Virus record (IMG/VR): IMGVR_UViG_3300030372_004928 | Location: 1 to 64,000 of that record | DNA: 64,000 nt | Strand: one strand, 5' to 3' | From: a virus | Taxonomy: Duplodnaviria; Caudoviricetes | Translations under genes and position numbers: made by a program | The notes under the pieces: generated by a model | Database searches by the model: none | Told to the model about the DNA's origin: nothing | The model's input: only the letters and a program-made list of their open reading frames with translations | In this document: in pieces, positions 9,596-18,390 of the stretch | Position numbering within the stretch: position 1 is the stretch's first letter | Layout: each line of letters starts with the position of its first letter

Positions 9596-9924
9596 TATTT
9601 TACGACTTATAATATCTCTTGGTTTCATATTTTAAAATAAAATTTTGTAATATATACTATAATATATATTATATATAGCCAGTAGACAAAAAAAATAATG
9701 AAAATTTTTTCACTACTGGCAAAAAATAATGAAAAGAAAATTTTGTACTTTCAATATTTTGTATTAATTTGTGTTATTTATATATATATTATAAATGGTA
9801 TAGGCAAGAGTACTATTTATATTTATGTTTATAGTGTAAATAAATGATGTTTTCATAGATGTTTTCATATAACTTGAAATAGTTATATTCTCTCTTTTTT
9901 ATGGTTTAAAATCAATCATATTTT

Positions 9925-9962
9925 ACCCTTAGTTAAATCCCACTTTAATTAAGGGTTTTTTT
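9925..9962 (+). terminator. Intrinsic terminator-like hairpin
   Basis: ACCCTTAGTTAAA-TCCCAC-TTTAATTAAGGGT followed by a T-run. Confidence 0.55.
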
Positions 9963-10247
9963 ATTTTATTTTTTTTATAAAAAATTTTTTTGGATATATT
10001 TATTATCTGTGTGTTCCTCAATAATGAAACCCCTCCCTTAAAATTTTTGAATTAAATACCCCCCACCAATTGTAATCAAAAACTTAATTTAAAATAAAAT
10101 TCAATCAAAAATTCTTACAGAATTTTTTCTTTCATATGTACAGATTTCTGTTTTTGTTACAGATTTTAAAAGTGTATGTGCATATGTACAGTATGGATTA
10201 AATTTTTTGTTTTTCATTATAGTACGATCAAAGTCTTTAACCAATCA

Positions 10248-10291
10248 TACTTAAAATACCATAAACAGTACAACCTGCGACTGAGGTTTAG
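10248..10291 (+). repeat. Cassette-head repeat, copy 1
   Basis: TACTTAAAATACCA...AACCTGCGACTGAGGTTTAG. Confidence 0.85.
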
Positions 10292-10326
10292 TGTGCGACA
10301 TTGCACATAACAAAAACCATAGTACT

Positions 10327-10476
10327 ATGTTCTTTACATTCATTAAATATGTACACTGTACATATACAAGCAGATTAATACCTCAAGAATTCAATCAAAA
10401 ATTTAATACAGCTACTGATGCATACAATTATGCAAAACAGAATGGCTATGAATTTCACGGTAAAGCTTATGCTTAG
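10327..10476 (+). CDS. 49-aa hypothetical protein (cassette 1)
   Basis: ATG at 10327 is preferred over the GTG at 10291, which sits at the end of the repeat. Confidence 0.55.
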   Translation: MFFTFIKYVHCTYTSRLIPQEFNQKFNTATDAYNYAKQNGYEFHGKAYA

Positions 10477-10485
10477 CTTTATCAT

Positions 10486-10567
10486 AATAAGCATCTTATT
10501 AGTAAGGTGCTTATTTATAAAACTACCAAGCAATAATAACCATTATTAATTATTAATAGTGGTTATT
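10486..10567 (+). terminator. Two successive hairpins closing cassette 1
   Basis: AATAAGCATCTT/AAGGTGCTTATT and AATAACCATTATTAAT/ATTAATAGTGGTTATT stems, each followed by Ts. Confidence 0.65.
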
Positions 10568-10576
10568 TTAACATTA

Positions 10577-10619
10577 TACTTAAAATACCATAAACGCAGA
10601 CCTTCGAATAAGTTTTAGC
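10577..10619 (+). repeat. Cassette-head repeat, copy 2
   Basis: TACTTAAAATACCATAAACGCAGACCTTCGAATAAGTTTTAGC. Confidence 0.85.
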
Positions 10620-10652
10620 ATATAAGTTTGTATGTAACAAAAATCATTAATT

Positions 10653-10802
10653 ATGAAAGAAAGACCATTAAAAATAAAAGTAATAAATCTATTGGGTTTA
10701 TTACTTTTTACCTCATTATTATGGGGTACACAATTACCATATATATTACATTGTTACTGTATTATATTCGGTTTCCTTATGATGTTCGTATCTAAATATT
10801 AA
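10653..10802 (+). CDS. 49-aa two-TM membrane protein (cassette 2)
   Basis: Hand-translated: MKERPLKIKVINLLGLLLFTSLLWGTQLPYILHCYCIIFGFLMMFVSKY. Confidence 0.6.
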   Translation: MKERPLKIKVINLLGLLLFTSLLWGTQLPYILHCYCIIFGFLMMFVSKY

Positions 10803-10826
10803 ATTCATTTATAAAATATAAAAATT

Positions 10827-11006
10827 ATGTCAGAATTACTTCTTATTTCAACAATAGTCGCAATATTTCTATTAATTCTTAAAGAGTTATTAATCAAGTT
10901 TATTAATGCAGACCGAGAATTACTCGGTTATGTAGTATTTGCAATAATTATCGGAATCTTTGGTTCTGGATTAATTGCATATGCAGAACACGGACTATTA
11001 TATTAA
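10827..11006 (+). CDS. 59-aa two-TM membrane protein (cassette 2)
   Basis: Hand-translated: MSELLLISTIVAIFLLILKELLIKFINADRELLGYVVFAIIIGIFGSGLIAYAEHGLLY. Confidence 0.65.
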   Translation: MSELLLISTIVAIFLLILKELLIKFINADRELLGYVVFAIIIGIFGSGLIAYAEHGLLY

Positions 11007-11011
11007 TATAA

Positions 11012-11040
11012 AACCTTACACAATAGTGTAGGGTTATTTT
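11012..11040 (+). terminator. Intrinsic terminator closing cassette 2
   Basis: AACCTTACAC-AATA-GTGTAGGGTT-ATTTT. Confidence 0.7.
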
Positions 11041-11047
11041 CCAACTG

Positions 11048-11090
11048 TACTTAAAATACCATAATCAAGGACCTTCGACTTAGGTTTAGC
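11048..11090 (+). repeat. Cassette-head repeat, copy 3
   Basis: TACTTAAAATACCATAATCAAGGACCTTCGACTTAGGTTTAGC. Confidence 0.85.
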
Positions 11091-11156
11091 TGTAGATTGT
11101 TATTTGCAGCTATTATTAATCTTATTATTTAATTTTTATCAAAAACCTTATTTATT

Positions 11157-11732
11157 ATGAGTGCAACAAAAAAAGTTCACGGACAAAGAGTTAACGTTTC
11201 ATTGCCAATCATTAACTTAAACACAAAATTACAAGGCAAAGACAAAGACAAATTGGTAATGACTGTTAATTCAGCTAATACTGAGTATGAACATAATGTC
11301 GTAATGCTCACTACTGCTGAAGTCGAGAATATGATTGATACTCGATTTACTACAGCAGCTGCAATTATCAATGGGAATTCTTTTGACCCAAGTACATTCA
11401 CTTGTACATTGCAATGGTGTGTAAAGGGTAAGCCAATTGGTAAAGACAAAGATGGTAATACTATCGTTGGTCCTACAGGCTCACCAAATTACCAAGAAAG
11501 CTTTTGGAAAATGGATGATAAAATGATTCATCTTTCTCAATCAGCTGAAGAACAATTAAATGAATTGAATCAACAGATAATGTTGCAGACAGAAATTGCC
11601 TATAATGAGCAGAAAATTACTGCAGCTGATGTTGTAAAAGCTCGCAGAAATAAAGAGAGAATGTCTCGTTTAGCTGCAGCAATGGGTCAAGTATTAGAAA
11701 CTGCAGATGCAGATGATGATATGGGATTGTAA
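11157..11732 (+). CDS. 191-aa hypothetical protein with acidic tail (cassette 3)
   Basis: Beta-rich N-terminus, helical C-terminus, ends ETADADDDMGL. Confidence 0.75.
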   Translation: MSATKKVHGQRVNVSLPIINLNTKLQGKDKDKLVMTVNSANTEYEHNVVMLTTAEVENMIDTRFTTAAAIINGNSFDPSTFTCTLQWCVKGKPIGKDKDGNTIVGPTGSPNYQESFWKMDDKMIHLSQSAEEQLNELNQQIMLQTEIAYNEQKITAADVVKARRNKERMSRLAAAMGQVLETADADDDMGL

Positions 11733-11752
11733 TTCTTTTTTGATTTTTACTC

Positions 11753-11786
11753 AAACCTCACACTTAATCGTGTGGGGTTTGTTTTT
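11753..11786 (+). terminator. Intrinsic terminator closing cassette 3
   Basis: AAACCTCACAC-TTAATC-GTGTGGGGTTT-GTTTTT. Confidence 0.7.
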
Positions 11787-11895
11787 ATTACATAACGTGT
11801 TCTTTTACCTATTTGCAAAAGAACCAAAACAAATCTTCTGCCGAATTGCAGAAGCAGAATTCTATTTGCTGACACAAATAGGAAAAACAAACTAA

Positions 11896-11935
11896 ACTTA
11901 AAATACCACAAAATAACCTTCGACTAAGGTTTGGC
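11896..11935 (+). repeat. Cassette-head repeat, copy 4
   Basis: ACTTAAAATACCACAAAATAACCTTCGACTAAGGTTTGGC. Confidence 0.85.
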
Positions 11936-12417
11936 AAGCCAAACCGTGCTCCGAGCAGCATACGCAGAACTAAGCTACGCTGTAGGGGGATAAGTATGCT
12001 CGATAGCTAAAAATTTGGCAATTATTTCCCCTCCTCCTTATAGATTTTTGTGTTTTTTTATATTTTTTTATTTTTATGGTTTTTGTGAGTTGAGTACTTA
12101 TTTATATCATTATTATTTTCCTTAAAATGTTTTATAATAATAACATAGTAAGTAACGATATTAGTCATCTATACTTACTAGGTATAAATAGTACTTAACT
12201 TAAACCTTGCCTTTAAATGTAAATTAAAACTAAATATAATATTCTAATTTGGAGTACAGTTGGAACTATTGGTGTACTGCGTACACCTATAACATAACCA
12301 TACAAAATCAACTAATTTGTTTATACTAAACTAAACAACTAGTATATATAAAACAAAACAATAAACTAGAAACAAATAGGATTAAACAAATCCTAATTTA
12401 TAACAAAAATATTCACA

Positions 12418-12927
12418 ATGGAAACAACATTAAAGCAATGTATTAACAGATGTGTAGAGTTAATTCAATCAAATGATACAACAATGCAGGAGATTGGACT
12501 AGAAATTATGCTAAATACATTAAAACTAAAACCAAAACAGATAATATATTTATTATTTGTAAGAGGATTAATTTTTAAAAAGACGGAAGCGTATAAGACT
12601 GGATTTGTTGGAGAAGTTATATATAACAACAAAGACTTAAAGATACCAGATAGTGTAGAGGACTATCATTATACAGCAGTAATAACAGGAGAGGTAAACT
12701 TTCTTAATTCTTTTATAAGAATATTTCTTTTACAAGATTCTATTAGTGGAAAATTGTATTACAAAGTATTCTATACAGAATATAAAGAATTTCATAGAGA
12801 CATGACATTTTCAAGTCCTTGTCATACTTATCATAATCTTTATGACAGTATATTATTCAAACATATGCTTAAATTAATAAATAATTATATAACGCCAGTA
12901 GGTAATAAACTAAAGAAACATGGCTGA
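12418..12927 (+). CDS. Hypothetical protein
   Basis: ORF track, 169 aa. Confidence 0.65.
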   Translation: METTLKQCINRCVELIQSNDTTMQEIGLEIMLNTLKLKPKQIIYLLFVRGLIFKKTEAYKTGFVGEVIYNNKDLKIPDSVEDYHYTAVITGEVNFLNSFIRIFLLQDSISGKLYYKVFYTEYKEFHRDMTFSSPCHTYHNLYDSILFKHMLKLINNYITPVGNKLKKHG

Positions 12928-13165
12928 TAAACTAGATGAAAAAAAGATTGCGAAAGCTCTAAAGATAATGGAGTTAGTAGAAGATGCATATGTAAATGCA
13001 TTAAAAGGTATTTATACAGATAAATATGACGAAGATTGTATAAATACAACTTTATTAAAAGCCCACGATAAACATACAAAAGAGTTGTATGAATGGTATT
13101 TCTTAATGGCAGGATATAAAGATGCAGAGATAGAAAACCTGTGGAAACAAATGTGTAATAATTAA
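12920..13165 (+). CDS. Hypothetical protein
   Basis: ORF track; overlaps the previous stop. Confidence 0.6.
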   Translation: MADKLDEKKIAKALKIMELVEDAYVNALKGIYTDKYDEDCINTTLLKAHDKHTKELYEWYFLMAGYKDAEIENLWKQMCNN

Positions 13166-13189
13166 TTAAATAAATAAATAACAAAAGCT

Positions 13190-13924
13190 ATGGAAATGGA
13201 AACATTATTAATGGATGCAGTAGCACCAAAAAGTACTCGTACTTACACACCTATTAGTCACAACGAAATTATCACAAATGTGCACAATATGTGTGAAGAA
13301 AAGAATTTAAAGATTACTGATAAAGTATATTTTACAGACAGGGATTTAAACAAAATGACTGCTAAATATACTTTAAGTTTAGGAGATGATGATATGGGGT
13401 GTATGATAGCATTCCAAAACAGTTACGATAAAAGTATGTCAGTTAAATTTGCAATAGGTGCAAGTGTATTTATATGTAGTAATGGAATGGTTGTAGGAGA
13501 CCATACATTTAAAAGTAAGCACCAAGGTATAGCAGACATACAACTTAATAGATTTATTATAGATGCTATTGAAGCTAGTAAAGCAAAGTTTGAAGATACT
13601 TTAAAAGTAAGAGAAACTTTTAAGCAAGTAGAATTAAGTGAAACAGCTTTACATCAATTAATAGGAGGAATATTCTTAAAGGAAGAGATATTAAGAATGA
13701 ACCAATTATCGTTAATTCAAAAGGAGTATCGTAATCCAACACATGACTATGGAGTAGACAAAGGCAATCTTTGGAATATTTACAATTTATGTACATATGC
13801 CATTGAAAAGCAAAGTCATCCGAGTATTTATTTGAAACAACACAGAGATGTTTCAAGATTCTTCTTAAATAACTTTACCGACAATTTTTACACTGAAACT
13901 GGAGAATATGAAGAAGTACAATAA
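13190..13924 (+). CDS. DUF932-family protein
   Basis: YTPISH...NSYDKS.SVKFAIG..VFICSNGM pattern. Confidence 0.75.
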   Translation: MEMETLLMDAVAPKSTRTYTPISHNEIITNVHNMCEEKNLKITDKVYFTDRDLNKMTAKYTLSLGDDDMGCMIAFQNSYDKSMSVKFAIGASVFICSNGMVVGDHTFKSKHQGIADIQLNRFIIDAIEASKAKFEDTLKVRETFKQVELSETALHQLIGGIFLKEEILRMNQLSLIQKEYRNPTHDYGVDKGNLWNIYNLCTYAIEKQSHPSIYLKQHRDVSRFFLNNFTDNFYTETGEYEEVQ

Positions 13925-14279
13925 AACTTTGAAAGAGATTCTTCAAATTGAAAAAGCCATTAAAACTATATTTCTAAATAGAAAGGTAAATACAATAGAA
14001 GATATAGATAAACTTTGTAGTGGTTGGGGAGGTTCATCATTTAATTATTTCATTGATAAAGTAGGTAAAGTTGTAGGCTTTTTCGATTATTCTTCTAAAG
14101 GAGTAAAAATCCGAATTGATACTATTAATATGTTAAGAGCAGATAATGGTACTTGGTTAGGTTATCCTTTAGAACATGAAGAAAGGAACAAAGAGAGAGG
14201 AGAAGAGATTAGTATATTTTACACAAAAAGTGAGTTGAAAAAGATGATAAAAACAAAAGATCAACTCAAATTATTTTAA
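13908..14279 (+). CDS. Hypothetical protein
   Basis: ORF track. Confidence 0.6.
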   Translation: MKKYNKTLKEILQIEKAIKTIFLNRKVNTIEDIDKLCSGWGGSSFNYFIDKVGKVVGFFDYSSKGVKIRIDTINMLRADNGTWLGYPLEHEERNKERGEEISIFYTKSELKKMIKTKDQLKLF

Positions 14280-14290
14280 AACTTGATGCT

Positions 14291-14406
14291 GCTAATAACG
14301 AAACGATTAGCTTTAGTGCATTAAGCGGGAATAACTTGTTATATAACACAATAATACTTGGGAGAAAGTCTAAGTACTTTAATATAACGGTTATTCCCTT
14401 TTTTTC
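14291..14406 (+). ncRNA. Structured intergenic element ending in a terminator (putative ncRNA or attenuator)
   Basis: Nested stems GCTAAT/ATTAGC, GGGAATAAC/GTTATTCCC, GTTATAT/ATATAAC and TACTTGGG/TCTAAGTA, then a T-run. Confidence 0.4.
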
Positions 14407-14430
14407 AAAAACTATAAAAAACTATAAAAA

Positions 14431-15708
14431 ATGACAACATTTGGAAATTTAACAGCATTTAAAGAATTAACAGACAAAGATTTTAAAATCATCAGAATCG
14501 ATGATTTACAAGATATTTTTGTTCTTAAAAATTTAATTAGATGTGACAAAGAAACTGAAGAAAAATTTCTTGATTCAATTAAAAAGACAAAACTACCAAA
14601 ATTATATAAACACTATTCAAAAGATAGTAAAGAATATAATAAACAATTAAAAGAAAGAGAAAAATTATTAGCAATTCCAGATTATGAATTTAACCACATA
14701 GGAAGAGTAATCATAACTCTGAAGGAAGGTTACAAAGATGCTGAATTAGAAATGTATGAATTTAAAACCGTAGAGGTTATTCATGAAGAAGATTTTGATT
14801 ATGATTACGATTATAATTATGATTGGAATGAAGAAGCAAAAAGGTATGAAAAAATAACAGTTAATACACTTCTTGCTAACATAACATATGGGTATTTAGA
14901 AGATATTATTACCAACTTTTCTGACATTTTTACAATGACTTTAGATGGTTTTAAGATAGTAAATAGGCTGTATACAAACTGGGAAGATAATCTAATGACA
15001 AGATTTTACAAAAGATGGACTAAAGGGTCTCATAAATATTTCAAACTTTTAAACAAAGAAATTTTTGAAGGTTTAAAAGAAGGATTAAGTATAAGTTTTA
15101 ATAACAATAGTGGATTTTGGAGAGTAGGTAATAAAAAATATTACCAAGAAGATTTAGATAAGTTATTAGAAGGAGATTATATAAAAACAATCTATTACAA
15201 TTATGGTTGTGCAATAGAAGAATTCCCAAAAAACAATTGGTACTCTGATTCTCAATATACACACAGTCATCTTGAATATTATAATGAGCATGTAAAAGAT
15301 AATCTTGCAAATGATATTATTTACACAGCAGCATTCCCTAATACTAATATATTTGAGAAATATGAGTGTATTCATCCAAAACAATATGGACATCATATGA
15401 CTGTATCTTATAGACCTGAAGAATTAGATGTAGATATGGGAAGAAAGACTGTTTTAAAAGTTGTAGGTAGACTTACTACTGACAAGATAGATGCACTTAT
15501 TCTTGAAAATAGTGTGTCGAAAAACTTTCATCCTCATATTACATTATCCACTAGGTATGGTATTGAACCATCAGAAGTAAACTATTTTATTGATATACAT
15601 AAAGATAAAATAGAATCTCTTGATGATACTATTAAAGCCACATATGGTTTTTATGGGTATGAAAATGGTGTAAAAGGTGTTTTTAAAAAATCTAAAAAAT
15701 TAAATTAA
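14431..15708 (+). CDS. Protein with C-terminal 2H phosphoesterase domain
   Basis: Two HxT motifs, HHMTVSY and PHITLST, about 45 aa apart; N-terminal ~310 aa unrecognised. Confidence 0.6.
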   Translation: MTTFGNLTAFKELTDKDFKIIRIDDLQDIFVLKNLIRCDKETEEKFLDSIKKTKLPKLYKHYSKDSKEYNKQLKEREKLLAIPDYEFNHIGRVIITLKEGYKDAELEMYEFKTVEVIHEEDFDYDYDYNYDWNEEAKRYEKITVNTLLANITYGYLEDIITNFSDIFTMTLDGFKIVNRLYTNWEDNLMTRFYKRWTKGSHKYFKLLNKEIFEGLKEGLSISFNNNSGFWRVGNKKYYQEDLDKLLEGDYIKTIYYNYGCAIEEFPKNNWYSDSQYTHSHLEYYNEHVKDNLANDIIYTAAFPNTNIFEKYECIHPKQYGHHMTVSYRPEELDVDMGRKTVLKVVGRLTTDKIDALILENSVSKNFHPHITLSTRYGIEPSEVNYFIDIHKDKIESLDDTIKATYGFYGYENGVKGVFKKSKKLN

Positions 15709-15709
15709 T

Positions 15710-16081
15710 ATGGGTAGATGGACATCAGGGGATATCGAGCACAAATTTTGGCTCGGTATCCAATCTTCTGACGCTGCTTCTCAATATGGAGGAGAATCAG
15801 AAGTTAACTTTATTCCTTATGATTATTATGGGATGGAAGAGTTTGATATTAAACAATTAGATATAAACATTGCACTTTTTAATATAAAGTGTAATGAAAA
15901 TGTTGACAGGTCTACAGACCCTCAATGGTTTTATGATTGGATTAATAGTAAAACTCCTTCAGAACAAAAAAAATATAATGAGGAAAATATAACAAAACTA
16001 GCTGCAGATACGCAGTTAGGATTAAAAATATTTAAATGTATTATAGAAAAAGGCGAATGCTTTTTTACATCAGAATATTAA
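15710..16081 (+). CDS. Hypothetical protein
   Basis: ORF track. Confidence 0.65.
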   Translation: MGRWTSGDIEHKFWLGIQSSDAASQYGGESEVNFIPYDYYGMEEFDIKQLDINIALFNIKCNENVDRSTDPQWFYDWINSKTPSEQKKYNEENITKLAADTQLGLKIFKCIIEKGECFFTSEY

Positions 16082-16085
16082 AACT

Positions 16086-16481
16086 ATGACTAAAGAAGAA
16101 AAAAATGCATTAGAACTGTTAGCATCTGCTGACGGTTCTAATCAACTTTTAGGACTATATGGTCTAAAAAGTTTAGGATGGTCTTTAGACCAAATTGCCA
16201 CTAATTGGAGTAAACTTATCTTCAATAATGTAGAATATGATTTACCTAATAGAATAGGAGTAACATTTGGAATAGCTGATACACTTTATTTTTGTATGAA
16301 TGAAGAATATAAACAAAAATGGGAACATAATGAAATAAAGGATGGAGGATGGGAAGTTACTTGTGAATACTTTTTAAAAGATAATTATAAATCTATAAAA
16401 GTAGGTAATTTTCCTTACGGATTTAATCCAGAAATTATTTCTAATTATTTTCATTCATATTTAAAAAAATATTTCATATGA
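16086..16481 (+). CDS. Hypothetical protein
   Basis: ORF track. Confidence 0.6.
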   Translation: MTKEEKNALELLASADGSNQLLGLYGLKSLGWSLDQIATNWSKLIFNNVEYDLPNRIGVTFGIADTLYFCMNEEYKQKWEHNEIKDGGWEVTCEYFLKDNYKSIKVGNFPYGFNPEIISNYFHSYLKKYFI

Positions 16482-16864
16482 TTTTAGAAGAATTAAGTGA
16501 TACAGCTAAAGCAAATAAACTATTAGTTACATATTATCAAGATAAAAAATTAAATGAAATTATTGATTTATTTGTTTTACTTGAAAAAGATATTTCATTA
16601 TACTATGGTATCTTTGTAGATTTCTTTGCAAATCATGGAGTTATTATAGATGTAAATAAAAAAGGTTACAGTATTTACGTTAACAATGATAACAAAGAAT
16701 ATCAATCAAAAGCTAAAGATTGGTTATTTGATTATGAAGATGGTTGTCCTTATATAGAAAAAAATTATGTAAATGATAATCAAATTAATGAAAATATAAG
16801 TCACCAAATTAAATTAAATATGAAAACAGCTATTTTGAAAGCTATGAAATGGCTAAATATATAA
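16478..16864 (+). CDS. Hypothetical protein
   Basis: ORF track; ATGA coupling. Confidence 0.6.
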   Translation: MILEELSDTAKANKLLVTYYQDKKLNEIIDLFVLLEKDISLYYGIFVDFFANHGVIIDVNKKGYSIYVNNDNKEYQSKAKDWLFDYEDGCPYIEKNYVNDNQINENISHQIKLNMKTAILKAMKWLNI

Positions 16865-18378
16865 CTATGGAACAAGAACTTACAACATGCCAATATCATG
16901 CAACTAATGATATTGTTGCTTGGGCATACGATGATGAAAAACTTTTTATGACACTTGCAGGACCTGCAGGAACAGGAAAATCTTATTTAAGTAGGATTGT
17001 TCTTAAACACATTCCTCAATTTAATATTTGTGTTTCTGCACCTACACATAAAGCATTGAAAGTCATAAAAAATGAAAGTGAACAAACAGGAAGAACTTTA
17101 CAATCTCTTCTTGGATTAGCAGTAGACCAGGACATAGAAGATTTTGACCCTGCAAATTTAAGATTTGATAAGAAGAATGAACCAAAGATTTCTAATTATG
17201 ATTTTATTTTATTGGATGAAGCTTCAATGATTCAATCTTCTCTTCTTGAATATTTACAAGAAAAAGCAATACAAAACAGAACAAAAATCTTGTTTGTAGG
17301 AGACCCTATACAATTGCCGCCTGTAGGAGAAACAGAATCTCCTGTATTTAATAGTAAATATATTGATGGGGGAATTGTACATTTATCTACACCTTGTAGA
17401 CAAAGTACAGGAAATCCAGCTTATTCATTACTATTGGCAGACCGACATGATATAGAAAGGAGTAATAATTCTTGGAATGTTTTAATAGATAATCTAAAAG
17501 AACAAGAAATTTTTACTACTGCTCTTGAAGTAGATTTAGTTAAAAATGTAGCTAATACTCACAAGATATTAAGGAAGCATTTAGGTAATGAAAGAATAAA
17601 TTCTAAAGGCGAAGGTTTTAAAATTTACAAAAGTATTCATAATTTTAACGATGTTATGGCTAAAACTTTTATAGATTATTACTCAAAAGAAGATTATGAA
17701 GCAGTAAAAACTTTAGCTTGGAGAAATGATAAGGTCAATGAACACAACAAAACTATTAGAAAAAAATTATTTCCAAATACTTCAGATAATTTAACTGAAG
17801 GAGATTTGTTGATGTGTTATAGACCAATTACAAGATGGGATAGAAGTACAAGGTCTACATATACTTTAGTGCACAATTCTGATGAACTTTTAGTTAAGGA
17901 AGTAACAAAAGAATTAAGTTCAATTGGTATAAAAATTTACAGTACTCTTGCAGAAGTTTCTGAAGATCAACAAGAATTAATTGATTTTGTAAGAAAAGAA
18001 GATTATAATGAGTATGTAAATAATTACGAATATTATAAGAAAAGTGCAAAAACAAAAGGTTGGGCAAGTTTTTATGGATTTTATGACAATCATTTATTAT
18101 TAGAAAATCTATCAAAAATATATAATGATAGATATATGCCTAATAAAGCATTTGATTATGCATATGCAATAACTGTCCATAAAAGTCAAGGTTCAACATA
18201 CAATGAAGTATTTATAGATATAGCTGATATTTTTCAACATTACTTTGTAAATAAATATTTACTTGAAAAACAGGGTAAGTGGAATGATGAAGCAGACAGA
18301 ATATATCGTAAAATTACAAGGCAACTTAGATATGTTGCAGCAAGTAGAGCAAAGAAATTTACACACATTATTTTCTAA
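16849..18378 (+). CDS. SF1B helicase (Dda/RecD-like)
   Basis: GPAGTGKS, LDEASM, VGDPIQLPPV, YAITVHKSQGSTY, YVAASRAK. Confidence 0.9.
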   Translation: MAKYITMEQELTTCQYHATNDIVAWAYDDEKLFMTLAGPAGTGKSYLSRIVLKHIPQFNICVSAPTHKALKVIKNESEQTGRTLQSLLGLAVDQDIEDFDPANLRFDKKNEPKISNYDFILLDEASMIQSSLLEYLQEKAIQNRTKILFVGDPIQLPPVGETESPVFNSKYIDGGIVHLSTPCRQSTGNPAYSLLLADRHDIERSNNSWNVLIDNLKEQEIFTTALEVDLVKNVANTHKILRKHLGNERINSKGEGFKIYKSIHNFNDVMAKTFIDYYSKEDYEAVKTLAWRNDKVNEHNKTIRKKLFPNTSDNLTEGDLLMCYRPITRWDRSTRSTYTLVHNSDELLVKEVTKELSSIGIKIYSTLAEVSEDQQELIDFVRKEDYNEYVNNYEYYKKSAKTKGWASFYGFYDNHLLLENLSKIYNDRYMPNKAFDYAYAITVHKSQGSTYNEVFIDIADIFQHYFVNKYLLEKQGKWNDEADRIYRKITRQLRYVAASRAKKFTHIIF

Positions 18379-18390
18379 ACAAAAAAACAT

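Noticed and set aside
10291-10326. GTG start for the cassette 1 ORF
   Set aside because: It begins at the end of the repeat hairpin; ATG 10327 with an A-rich leader matches the other cassettes.
11707-11895. 62-aa ORF after cassette 3
   Set aside because: It runs across a terminator and hairpins, so it is probably spurious.
10248-11935. Repeat array as CRISPR
   Set aside because: The inter-repeat distances are about 330-850 bp and contain genes and terminators; no cas genes are present.
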